Below are positions 14,377-23,007 of a stretch of DNA of 32,542 nucleotides, in pieces. The notes under the pieces are model-generated. The model did not search any database. It was not told the origin of the DNA and saw only the letters and a program-made list of their open reading frames with translations. Numbering within the stretch: position 1 is the first letter of the stretch; the number at the start of each line of letters is the position of its first letter. The stretch comes from Burkholderiales bacterium (GTDB taxonomy: Bacteria > Pseudomonadota > Gammaproteobacteria > Burkholderiales > Burkholderiaceae_E), in NCBI GenBank assembly GCA_031415535.1, contig JANORY010001020.1, positions 1-32,542 on the forward strand, given 5' to 3'. Position numbers and translations under genes: made by a program.

Positions 14377-15939
14377 TCACCGCTGCGGCGACTCGGCACG
14401 AACCACACGGGTGGCTTGCACCTGGCCGGCCCCGAGGATCATGTCGGTAACCCGCAAGGTATCACGTGCCCGATCCAGCAGATCAGCCAAGTCACCACGC
14501 TGCCAGGGGCCGTCGGTCAATATCCAATCACCGCTGTCGCCAGCCGGCGCGACCTGTGCTACCTCTATAGGTGCCAGCCGATTGCACAGCAAGTCGAGTC
14601 GCTGCCTGCTGCGAAAGCGCTGCCCGGGTCCCAACTCAAGGCGCAGACGCGGCAAGCTACGCAGTGCTCCTTGGGCGTAGTGGTCAAGCAAACAGGCGAC
14701 CTCGGGATCAATCACCAATATTCGGTCGCCGGCCCGCGCGCGCTGCGCAATATCAACGATGCTGTTGCTCCAGGGTCGCTGTTCGGCACGCCCGTTGACA
14801 TAGTCCCAACTGGTGAATAGACAGATTGTTACCCATGCAGCGCTGGCAATTCGGATTGCCGGACTCTGCCATTGCAGGGTGACGGCGGCACAACCCAACA
14901 ATATGGCCAGCGGAATCCACAGCCATAACGCGGTTCGGGACAATAAAATCGGCTGAACCAGCGCCGCCAGCACCAGGAACGTAGCACCGGTCACAGCCAT
15001 GACCACACCGATCGACATCACTGCGGCTTGCCTGCGCACTCGGTACGCGCTGAAAACCAAACTGGCCACGATCAAGGCGACCATCGGCCACGCGTACGTC
15101 AAGCCCCAGTAATGCGAACCCAGCATGATTTCGCGAACCAGCCTGGACAATACGATCGGGCTGAACGATGACGGAATCCAGGCGAGACCCAGTCGATTGG
15201 TTGCGAGTACGCCACTCGCCGCCATCACCTGCGGCAAACATAACAAGGCCACCACGCAGCAGGTAGCGAACCAGACCAGGAAGTACTGTTTGCCGGCTCG
15301 TGCGGCCCATCCAAAGTACAGACCGGCCACCGCCAGGCTGGTGATGAACACGATCGACGTGGTGTGCGTATAAAACGCCGCCACCGCCGCGAGCACCATC
15401 GGCCAGAGAAGCTGTAAAACCGCGGCAACGCCGTATGTTCGCTCGGAGCGCCACGCGGTCAACGCATTAACAAACGCCGAAATTGCAATCGCTATCCAAC
15501 ACTGCTGCAGTGCATAGGGGCGAATCTCAAGCGAAAATTCCAGCCCCAGGGCGGGCAGCAACCAGGCCAGCAACGCTACCGCCCCGGCGATCGGACCGGC
15601 CAGCCCACGCGTCGCCCGATAAACAAAAATGGCCGCCAGGCCGGTCAGTAGTAACGAGAACAAGCGGCTCGAAAGCTCCGAATCGCTGACCACCCGAATC
15701 CAGGCCCAAAGCGCTGAATAATACAGCGGCGGACTCGACTCCAGACGCCAACCTTCGCCCCACAATTGCGCCAACATCAGCCGCGCGTGATAGAGCGAAA
15801 ACGCCTCATCAATCCACAACGAAGGCATTGCGATCAGCGGCAGGCGAGTCAGCCATAACAAGACGGCGACCGAAATCAAGATCGCGAACAGCCGCGATGA
15901 TTGATGCGAGTGGTCTGCGCTCGGGGGTGCTGAAGGCAT
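14377..15939 (-). CDS. GT-C fold polytopic membrane glycosyltransferase (ArnT / PMT_2, GT39/GT83-like) with a C-terminal soluble domain
   Basis: ORF 14377..16065 is trimmed to the ATG at 15939, because the upstream part of the ORF reads through the tRNA-Thr gene and its terminator. The first loop carries WIDEAF (acidic DE motif) and PPLYY. About 11-12 hydrophobic helices are followed by a soluble tail of about 150 aa. There is no obvious SD, so the start is uncertain. Confidence 0.7.
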   Translation of the reverse strand: MPSAPPSADHSHQSSRLFAILISVAVLLWLTRLPLIAMPSLWIDEAFSLYHARLMLAQLWGEGWRLESSPPLYYSALWAWIRVVSDSELSSRLFSLLLTGLAAIFVYRATRGLAGPIAGAVALLAWLLPALGLEFSLEIRPYALQQCWIAIAISAFVNALTAWRSERTYGVAAVLQLLWPMVLAAVAAFYTHTTSIVFITSLAVAGLYFGWAARAGKQYFLVWFATCCVVALLCLPQVMAASGVLATNRLGLAWIPSSFSPIVLSRLVREIMLGSHYWGLTYAWPMVALIVASLVFSAYRVRRQAAVMSIGVVMAVTGATFLVLAALVQPILLSRTALWLWIPLAILLGCAAVTLQWQSPAIRIASAAWVTICLFTSWDYVNGRAEQRPWSNSIVDIAQRARAGDRILVIDPEVACLLDHYAQGALRSLPRLRLELGPGQRFRSRQRLDLLCNRLAPIEVAQVAPAGDSGDWILTDGPWQRGDLADLLDRARDTLRVTDMILGAGQVQATRVVRAESPQR

Positions 15940-15974
15940 TGGCAAAGTTAAAAAAAGCGGCAACCGATTCGTGT

Positions 15975-16002
15975 AAAAAGCCCCGCTACTGCGGGGCTTT
16001 TT
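15975..16002. terminator. Rho-independent, potentially bidirectional terminator just 3' of tRNA-Thr
   Basis: aaaaa-gccccgc-tact-gcggggc-ttttt: a 7-bp GC stem (15980-15986 / 15991-15997) flanked by an A-run and a T-run. Confidence 0.75.
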
Positions 16003-16004
16003 AC

Positions 16005-16080
16005 TGGTGCCGGCTACAAGAATCGAACTCGTGACCTTCGGTTTACAAAACCGCTGCTCTACCAACTGAGCTAAGCCGGC
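16005..16080 (-). tRNA. tRNA-Thr (anticodon UGU), with encoded CCA
   Basis: The reverse complement is GCCGGCTTAGCTCAGTTGGTAGAGCAGCGGTTTTGTAAACCGAAGGTCACGAGTTCGATTCTTGTAGCCGGCACCA. It folds into a 76-nt cloverleaf. The acceptor stem is GCCGGCT/AGCCGGC, the D stem is GCTC/GAGC, and the anticodon loop is TTTGTAA (TGT at positions 34-36). The T arm is ACGAG-TTCGATT-CTTGT. Confidence 0.93.
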
Positions 16081-16117
16081 GCATGGATTTCCGGGTGGAG
16101 CCGGAAGGGGGTGAAAT

Positions 16118-16876
16118 CTACTTGATTCTGGTCAGTTTGGCACGTCCTCGTGTACCGTTTCGACCACCGCTACGTTGACCAGGGCCAGACGGCCCATCGG
16201 TCGGGTCGGAGCCGTTGTCAATTGGCGTCGTTACGGTGACTTCGGCACCGGGTAGTGCGCTGGGTACAGCGCCGGGTACTGCTCCGGGTGCCGATCGCTT
16301 CGGCTCTTTCGAAGCAGTGTTTTTTTCGGCAGTCACCGTGCTGACTCGAGCCGCAACGGCTTTCGGCCGAGGTGCCGGCAAACTGGAAATTGACGCGGTT
16401 TTTTGAACGGTCCCTGGTGTCGGGCTGGCCGCCGGTGCAGTGCCAAGCATTGGCGAGATTCGTCGGTCGGCTTTCGAGATCGGTGCCACGATGGCCCGCG
16501 ACGGCTCAAGCTCGGCCGGCGCAAGTGATTGCGGACCGGTCGGATACTCGGCCAGGGGTTTCGCTACATCGAACGCCATGCCGTGACCATTCTCCCGCGC
16601 GTAAATCGCCGTGATGTTCTCGACCGGAATCGACAACTCGCGCACGACACCACTGAAGCGTGCCTGAAAATGAACCAGGTCATTGCTCAAGGTCAAATTG
16701 TGGGTCGCACTCACCGACAAGTTCAGCACGATCTCACCGGCCCGAACATGTTCTTGTGGCACCACGCATCGCTCATCAACCGACACTGCGATGTAAGGCG
16801 TGAAGCCATTGTCGTTACACCATTCGTAAATAGCGCGAATCATGTACGGACGTGTTGAACTGGCAGTCATTTTCAC
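16118..16876 (-). CDS. sspB: ClpXP adaptor SspB (stringent starvation protein B) with an unusually long Pro/Ala/Thr-rich C-terminal linker
   Basis: The N-terminal 110 aa (RPYMIRAIYEWCNDNGFTPYIAV...HFQARFSGV...IPVENITAIYARENGHGMAF) matches the SspB substrate-binding domain. It sits immediately downstream of sspA. The C-terminus ends in ...AKLTRIK. Confidence 0.88.
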   Translation of the reverse strand: MKMTASSTRPYMIRAIYEWCNDNGFTPYIAVSVDERCVVPQEHVRAGEIVLNLSVSATHNLTLSNDLVHFQARFSGVVRELSIPVENITAIYARENGHGMAFDVAKPLAEYPTGPQSLAPAELEPSRAIVAPISKADRRISPMLGTAPAASPTPGTVQKTASISSLPAPRPKAVAARVSTVTAEKNTASKEPKRSAPGAVPGAVPSALPGAEVTVTTPIDNGSDPTDGPSGPGQRSGGRNGTRGRAKLTRIK

Positions 16877-16943
16877 TCCTTTACGATTCGCGCACTACGC
16901 GCATTACGCGCATCGGGTCCTCGAGCATTGGCTTTGGCCGAGA

Positions 16944-17558
16944 TCAGCGACGCATGACCTTCTCTGAGGGTGTCAATGCTTCGATATACGCTGGGCGCGA
17001 AAAAATTCGCTCGGCATAACGCAACAGCGGTGCCGTTGTCTTGGGCATTTCGATACCGTAATGATCGAGGCGCCACAGCAAGGGCGCAATCGCCACGTCG
17101 AGCATTGAAAAATCTTCACCCAGCATGTACTTGTTCTTCATGAAGATCGGCGTGAGCTGGGTCAGGCGATCGCGAATCTGCAAACGCGCTTTCTCCATCA
17201 TGCGACCGGTGTCCTTGTTGTGGTCACGGCGCTCGAGCATTTGCACATGAACAAACAACTCGCGCTCGAAATTGAATAAGAACAAACGCGCGCGAGCGCG
17301 CATGACCGGGTCGGCAGGCATCAGTTGTGGATGCGGGAAGCGCTCATCAATGTATTCATTGATGATGTTCGACTCGTACAGAATCAGATCGCGCTCGACC
17401 AGAATCGGTACCTGGCCATAGGGGTTCATAATCGAGATGTCTTCCGGCTTGTTATACAAGTCGACATCGCGAATTTCAAAGTCCATGCCTTTTTCGAACA
17501 GGACAAAACGGCAGCGCTGGCTGAACGGACAGGTGGTGCCTGAGTACAGGACCATCAT
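16944..17558 (-). CDS. sspA: Stringent starvation protein A (GST-fold)
   Basis: MMVLYSGTTCPFSQRCRFVLFEKGMDFEIRDVDLYNKPEDISIMNPYGQVPILVERDLILYESNIINEYIDERFPHPQLMP is a close match to SspA. The petABC-sspAB synteny supports the call. Confidence 0.92.
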   Translation of the reverse strand: MMVLYSGTTCPFSQRCRFVLFEKGMDFEIRDVDLYNKPEDISIMNPYGQVPILVERDLILYESNIINEYIDERFPHPQLMPADPVMRARARLFLFNFERELFVHVQMLERRDHNKDTGRMMEKARLQIRDRLTQLTPIFMKNKYMLGEDFSMLDVAIAPLLWRLDHYGIEMPKTTAPLLRYAERIFSRPAYIEALTPSEKVMRR

Positions 17559-17619
17559 GGTAATAATCTCCCGAAAACTTGCGGTAAGTGCTCTAGCGCA
17601 TTCATTTCAGAAGAATGCA

Positions 17620-18498
17620 CTACTTGATGTCTTTCCAGAACACCCGATTCAGGTTCCAGGTAAACAGTGACAACAGACCCAGGAACAGCAGCACCCAAAC
17701 ACCAATGCGCGTGCGCGACTTGGCCGAAGGATCTGCCACGTAAGTCAGAAACGCCACTAGATCGGCGATGGTGTCATCGTACTGGGCTTGCGACAATATA
17801 CCGCCCTCGGCCTTGCCCAAGCTTACGACACTGCTTTCGTGACCACCTGCCAGCGGTAGCTTTTCGATCTGCTCGCTGCGATTGCCAGCGGTATCGAACT
17901 TAACGGTTGTCTTGGCAAATCCGGTGACAACACCTTTGTCATTTTTGCTGACGCGAACCTCTTCAAGCGTCGCACCCCGTGTGCCTTGCAATTCCCACAG
18001 CGCATGCGGCATACCGACATTCGCGAACACCGCGTTGTTCCATCCGGTTGCCCGGGTGTTGTCCCGGTAATAACTGCGCAAATAGGTGTAAAGCCAATCA
18101 GAGCCGCTGCCATCATGCGAGGACCGCGCGCGCGCGGTCAGTGATAAGTCGGGGGGCAAGGCACCGAACCAGGTCTTGGCATCTTTCGGATTGAGCGTAG
18201 TCTTCATCATGTCACCGACCTTCTCGCCGGTGAACAGCAAATTGTCCTTGATCTGCTTCTCGCTCAGACCAAGGTCGGTCAGACGGTTGTAGCGCATCAG
18301 GCTGACGCCATGACAGTTCAGACAATAATTGACGAATACCTTGGCACCGTTTTGCAGCGCCGCCTGATCGGTCAACTTTTCAGTCGGGAAATAATCAAGT
18401 GCAAAACTACCGCCCGCCGCCCTCGCCTCGCCGGTTATTGCACTGGCAAACATGGCAAGCGCTAAAACGGCCGCACCGAAGAATGATTTAAAACTCAT
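17620..18498 (-). CDS. petC: Cytochrome c1 subunit of ubiquinol-cytochrome c reductase
   Basis: ORF 17620..18570 is trimmed to the ATG at 18498 (signal peptide MSFKSFFGAAVLALAMFASA). The haem motif is CLNCHG, and there is a C-terminal TM anchor (IGVWVLLFLGLLSLFTW). It follows cytochrome b by 8 nt. Confidence 0.9.
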   Translation of the reverse strand: MSFKSFFGAAVLALAMFASAITGEARAAGGSFALDYFPTEKLTDQAALQNGAKVFVNYCLNCHGVSLMRYNRLTDLGLSEKQIKDNLLFTGEKVGDMMKTTLNPKDAKTWFGALPPDLSLTARARSSHDGSGSDWLYTYLRSYYRDNTRATGWNNAVFANVGMPHALWELQGTRGATLEEVRVSKNDKGVVTGFAKTTVKFDTAGNRSEQIEKLPLAGGHESSVVSLGKAEGGILSQAQYDDTIADLVAFLTYVADPSAKSRTRIGVWVLLFLGLLSLFTWNLNRVFWKDIK

Positions 18499-18506
18499 AG
18501 TCAATC

Positions 18507-19889
18507 TCAATGTGGGGTGAAGGTCACACGGTCGGGGACGGGTTTGAACGTACCCATCTCGCTCCACCACGGCATCAGCAAGAAGAACGCGAAGTAGACG
18601 ATCGTCAGCGTCTGCGAAATAAGCTGTCCGGCCGCCGACGGTGCTTGCACGCCGAAGTAGCCGAGAATCACGAATGACACCACGAATAGTCCATAAACGT
18701 AGGCGTGCCAGCCCGGCCGGTAACGAATCGACTTGACCGGACTGTTGTCGATCCAGGGCATCGCAAAGAAGATCATGACCGACGCGCCCATGCCGACCAC
18801 GCCCCAGAACTTGGCGTCAAACACAAAAAACCCCGCGCACATCGCCAAAATCGCCAGACTCGCCAGAACTTTGGTAAGGCTACTGCGCACCGTTAACCAG
18901 ATCAGCGCCAGATAGGCCAACAACACGGCTGTCAGCACCAACAGGAAATCGGGCGTCACCGCACGCAGAATGGAGTAGTACGGCGTGAAGTACCAGACCG
19001 GTGCAATGTGCGATGGCGTCTTTAGCGGATCGGCCGGTATGAAGTTGTTGTATTCGAGGAAGTATCCGCCAAACTCGGGTGCGAAAAATACCACCGCCGA
19101 GAACACCAGCAGGAACATCGACAAGGCAAAAATGTCATGCACGCTGTAGTACGGGTGAAACGGAATACCGTCAACCGGATTGCCGTTGGCGTCCTTGTTT
19201 GCCTTGATCTCGATACCGTCCGGATTGTTCGAGCCTACTTCATGCAGCGCAATGATGTGCGCCGCCACCAGACCCAGCAGCACCAGCGGAATGGCGATCA
19301 CATGAAATGCGAAGAACCGATTTAAGGTCGCATCGCCCACCACATAGTCGCCGCGAATCAGCAACGATAAATCCGGGCCAATAAACGGCACAGCGGCGAA
19401 CAGGTTCACGATCACCTGCGCGCCCCAATAAGACATCTGACCCCAAGGCAATAGATAACCGAAAAATGCTTCGCCCATCAGGCACAGGAAGATCAGACAA
19501 CCAAACACCCAGATCAGTTCACGCGGCTTGCGGTAGGAGCCGTACATGAGTCCGCGGAACATATGCAGATAGACCACCACAAAAAACGCCGAGGCACCGG
19601 TCGAATGCAGATAACGAATGATCCAGCCACCCGGCACTTCGCGCATGATGTACTCAACCGACTCAAACGCTTTCGCGGCGTCCGGTTTGTAGTGCATGAC
19701 CAAAAAGATGCCGGTCACGATTTGCAGAATCAGAATGAATAGCGACAGGCCGCCGAAGATGTACCAGATGTTGAAGTTCTTCGGCGCGTAGTACTGCCCC
19801 ATGTGCTCGTTCCAGAGCTTGGTCAGGGGGAAACGGGTGTCAATCCAGCCTAGCAGGCCGTTGGTGGAGACTTGCTTCGATGAAGCCAT
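18507..19889 (-). CDS. petB: Cytochrome b subunit of the bc1 complex
   Basis: The 460-aa polytopic protein has canonical cytochrome b segments (WNFGSL-like NIWYIFGGLSLF, RYLHSTGASAFF, PEWYF-like APVWYFTPYYSILR). Confidence 0.95.
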   Translation of the reverse strand: MASSKQVSTNGLLGWIDTRFPLTKLWNEHMGQYYAPKNFNIWYIFGGLSLFILILQIVTGIFLVMHYKPDAAKAFESVEYIMREVPGGWIIRYLHSTGASAFFVVVYLHMFRGLMYGSYRKPRELIWVFGCLIFLCLMGEAFFGYLLPWGQMSYWGAQVIVNLFAAVPFIGPDLSLLIRGDYVVGDATLNRFFAFHVIAIPLVLLGLVAAHIIALHEVGSNNPDGIEIKANKDANGNPVDGIPFHPYYSVHDIFALSMFLLVFSAVVFFAPEFGGYFLEYNNFIPADPLKTPSHIAPVWYFTPYYSILRAVTPDFLLVLTAVLLAYLALIWLTVRSSLTKVLASLAILAMCAGFFVFDAKFWGVVGMGASVMIFFAMPWIDNSPVKSIRYRPGWHAYVYGLFVVSFVILGYFGVQAPSAAGQLISQTLTIVYFAFFLLMPWWSEMGTFKPVPDRVTFTPH

Positions 19890-20037
19890 GATGATTCGAA
19901 ACTCCTCGGCGGGACGCCTTCTGCGCCCCTGGACATTTACATTAGCGCGGCAATGTTTTCAATCGCCGTTCAAGCTTAACTTCCAAGCTGATTATATAAA
20001 AGCACAAGCCAGCAATTCCGATACCATTACCGGACGC

Positions 20038-20685
20038 CTACGCTTTCTTGTCTTCCCCAATCAGCAGGCGCGAGTCGCTCAGGTAAACGTGTGGCGGCAC
20101 TTCCAGATTGTCGGGTGCCGGCTTGTTCTTGAATACTCGACCGGCAAAATCAAAAGTCGAACCATGGCAGGGGCACAGGAAGCCACCCTGCCAGTCATCC
20201 GGTAACGAAGGCTGTGCACCTGACTGGAACTTCTCGCTCGGCGAACACCCCAGATGCGAACAAATGCCGACCACCACCAGGTACTCTTCCTTGATTGATC
20301 GATAGGCATTCTTGGCATAAGCCGGTGTCGGATAGTCAGTGCGCAACGATTTCGGGTCGGCCAACTGAGCTTCCGTTTTGGCTAATGTCGCCAGCATTTC
20401 CTTGGTCCGGCGCACGATCCAGACCGGTTTGCCGCGCCACTCAACACGAAGCAGCTCACCCGGCGCCAGATCACCAATATCGACCTCGACCGGCGCACCA
20501 GCGGCCTTGGCGCGTTCGGAGGGCTGGAAACTGGCCACAAAGGGCAGCGCCGCAACCAATCCGCCGGCTGCACCCACGGCCGCTGTCAGACCAACCGCGC
20601 CGCGCCGACTGGCATTCGGTTCAGGGGCGTCGGCCCTGGCCTCAAGGCTGGAATTGCGCGCCATCGAAGATTGTTTGGTACTCAT
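20038..20685 (-). CDS. petA: Rieske 2Fe-2S subunit of the bc1 complex
   Basis: The Rieske boxes are CSHLGCSP and CPCHGSTF. The N-terminal region is Tat-type (SRRGAVGLTAAVGAAG). Confidence 0.95.
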   Translation of the reverse strand: MSTKQSSMARNSSLEARADAPEPNASRRGAVGLTAAVGAAGGLVAALPFVASFQPSERAKAAGAPVEVDIGDLAPGELLRVEWRGKPVWIVRRTKEMLATLAKTEAQLADPKSLRTDYPTPAYAKNAYRSIKEEYLVVVGICSHLGCSPSEKFQSGAQPSLPDDWQGGFLCPCHGSTFDFAGRVFKNKPAPDNLEVPPHVYLSDSRLLIGEDKKA

Positions 20686-20969
20686 AGGATGTGAGGTTTG
20701 ATGAGAAAGGAGTTCGTCTTAAAGAGTAGATTTTCGACAACCTTGCATTCTAGCAGCCTGCGACTTTGTCCTCTGCCGAGTTGACGCTCTGTGGCTTTGG
20801 GAAGACAAGCTGTTGTAAACCGTTGCCGATTTCACCTGCGACGCGACAACCCGAATTCTTTGCCCGCCGAGGCTTTTGGGTTGATGCTATAACCGCAGTT
20901 CGGTAAAACAAAAAACCGATATTCTGCTTTTGAAACAGAATCTTACAAATTAAATAGAGGGGTTTTAAC

Positions 20970-21413
20970 ATGGGAATGATGCAAGATTTCCGCGCCTTCG
21001 CGGTGGGCGGCAACGTCGTCGATCTCGCAGTCGGTGTCATCATCGGTGCCGCCTTTGGCAAGATCGTCGACTCAATGGTCAAAGACCTGATCATGCCAAT
21101 TGTTGGTGCCATTTTCGGCGGTCTCGATTTCTCCAATTATTTTATTCAACTAGGCAAAACGCCCGCCGGGTTCGCTGGACCGAACACTTATGAAGCCTTG
21201 TCCAAAGCCGGTGTACCGCTGTTTGCCTGGGGCAATTTCATCACGATTTTGCTGAACTTTATTATCCTGGCGTTCATCATTTTCCAATTGGTGCGGGTCT
21301 ATCAAAAAGCCAAAGCCAATATGATCAAGGAAACCCCGGCTGCGCCGCCCGCACCACCGCCGGCCAGCGAGCTCTACTTGAAGGAGATCCGCGACGCGCT
21401 GACCAAGCGTTAA
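20970..21413 (+). CDS. mscL: Large-conductance mechanosensitive channel
   Basis: [46 protein letters not shown] is the canonical MscL N-terminus/TM1. The protein is 147 aa. Confidence 0.95.
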   Translation: MGMMQDFRAFAVGGNVVDLAVGVIIGAAFGKIVDSMVKDLIMPIVGAIFGGLDFSNYFIQLGKTPAGFAGPNTYEALSKAGVPLFAWGNFITILLNFIILAFIIFQLVRVYQKAKANMIKETPAAPPAPPPASELYLKEIRDALTKR

Positions 21414-21433
21414 TCCGCGATCACTGCACAAAA

Positions 21434-21459
21434 AGACCCGCACCTGGCGGGTCTTTTTG
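21434..21459 (+). terminator. Rho-independent terminator downstream of mscL
   Basis: agacccgc-acctg-gcgggtct followed by tttt: an 8-bp stem (21434-21441 / 21447-21454), a 5-nt loop and a T-run. Confidence 0.8.
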
Positions 21460-21615
21460 TTGGCCAGGGCGCACCGGCACCGCCCCACTTTCACCGTTGC
21501 GCGGTTTGCGCAATAATGTTTGTTGTGATCGGCCAAACCGAGCGCACGCTTAGCGGGTTCTCCCAAGGCACTTGTTGCTGCACATTAGGCCGTTTCGACG
21601 GTATTTGAATCATTC

Positions 21616-22959
21616 ATGTTACGCAGCCTCTGGTTGTTGTTTTCTCAAGCAGTCACCATCGGTTTAGCGCTGCTGTTTCTGGTGGCGGGCATAAAGCCCG
21701 ATTGGTTGAATGCATCGTCGGCGGCTGTGCGTGAATGGTTGCCGTCATTTTCAGGTAACTCCGCCACATCGCCAGCCCATCAGCCGCAAGCCCAAAACAC
21801 GGAGGTGGTGCCGGTCGTAAAAAATGGCGTGACGGACAAGGTATCAGACGCAGCGTCAGGCGGGGTCCTGGGCAAAGTCGAGGCGCCGAACGCCAGTGCG
21901 TCAGGTGAGGCGGTGCTGCGCAAAGACCCGGCGAGTCCGGCATTTTTGTCCTATAGCGAAGGTGCAAAACGCGCCATCCCCAGTGTTGTCAATATTGTTA
22001 CCGACAAGCAGCAGAAGCTGCCAGCCAATCACCCGCTGCTGAATGATCCGGCGTTCAAGCGCTTTTTTGGCAATCAAGCCCCGGGTGCGGCCCAACCCGG
22101 AACACGTCGGCCAGCGGCCAGCCTGGGCTCCGGTGTCATCATTGGCAGCGATGGCCTGATCCTGACCAATCACCATGTGGTTGATGCGGCCACCGACATT
22201 GAAGTTGTCCTCTCTGACGGCCAACGCGTACGAGCCAAAGTGATCGGTAGCGATCCGGAGACCGATCTGGCGGTCCTGCGAACCGACAAAACCAACTTGC
22301 CGGCGATTGCTCTGGGCGACGCCGAACAGGCGCGGGTCGGCGATGTCGTGCTGGCGATCGGCAATCCGTTCGGCGTCGGTCAAACCGTTACCATGGGTAT
22401 CGTCAGTGCGCTTGGGCGCAGCCAACTGGGTATCAACACGTTCGAGAATTTCATCCAGACCGACGCCGCTATTAATCCCGGCAACTCGGGCGGCGCGCTG
22501 GTCGATACCCAAGGCCGGCTGCTCGGTATCAATACGGCGATTTACTCACGCAGCGGTGGTTCGCTGGGCATCGGCTTTGCAATTCCCGTGTCGACCGTTA
22601 AACAGGTGATGGATCAGATTGTTGCCCATGGCAGTGTGACGCGCGGCTATATCGGTGTTGAGCCCCAGGACGTGACGCCCGAGATTGCCGAAGCGTTTAA
22701 CCTGCCGCGCAAGGACGGTGCCATCATCGCAGGCTTGGTGCGTGGTGGGCCGGCGGAGAAAGCCGGCGTCAAGGTCGGCGATATTCTGATTGAGATCGAC
22801 GGTGCGCCGGTCAAGAATACTGCAAGCATGCTCAATATGATTGCCCAGATTGCACCTGGCAGCCATGCACAGTTCAGCTTCGTTCGCGAACGCAAGGAAA
22901 CCCGGTTAAAAATTACCGTCGGCAAACGACCCAAAGCCAGCCCTCGACCGGCTGAATAG
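21616..22959 (+). CDS. HtrA-family (S1C) periplasmic serine endoprotease with an N-terminal membrane anchor and a single PDZ domain (DegS/AlgW-like architecture)
   Basis: The catalytic triad contexts are LTNHHVV (His), DLAVLR (Asp) and GNSGGALV (Ser). There is one C-terminal PDZ (GAIIAGLVRGGPAEKAGVKVGDILIEIDG) and an N-terminal hydrophobic helix (LWLLFSQAVTIGLALLFLVAGI). Confidence 0.9.
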   Translation: MLRSLWLLFSQAVTIGLALLFLVAGIKPDWLNASSAAVREWLPSFSGNSATSPAHQPQAQNTEVVPVVKNGVTDKVSDAASGGVLGKVEAPNASASGEAVLRKDPASPAFLSYSEGAKRAIPSVVNIVTDKQQKLPANHPLLNDPAFKRFFGNQAPGAAQPGTRRPAASLGSGVIIGSDGLILTNHHVVDAATDIEVVLSDGQRVRAKVIGSDPETDLAVLRTDKTNLPAIALGDAEQARVGDVVLAIGNPFGVGQTVTMGIVSALGRSQLGINTFENFIQTDAAINPGNSGGALVDTQGRLLGINTAIYSRSGGSLGIGFAIPVSTVKQVMDQIVAHGSVTRGYIGVEPQDVTPEIAEAFNLPRKDGAIIAGLVRGGPAEKAGVKVGDILIEIDGAPVKNTASMLNMIAQIAPGSHAQFSFVRERKETRLKITVGKRPKASPRPAE

Positions 22960-23007
22960 GCGCTCACTAAAACGCCGCAGCGTTCTCAAGAAAACGCCCG
23001 GACGCGC

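Noticed and set aside
15940-16065. The N-terminal 42 codons of the 562-aa ORF 14377..16065 (MVEQRFCKPKVTSSILVAG...)
   Set aside because: This part of the ORF is simply the translation of the tRNA-Thr gene (16005-16080) and its terminator hairpin on the same strand. The glycosyltransferase was therefore trimmed to the ATG at 15939.
21901-22512. A 203-aa minus-strand ORF
   Set aside because: It is antisense to the HtrA-family protease gene, whose catalytic triad and PDZ domain are unambiguous.
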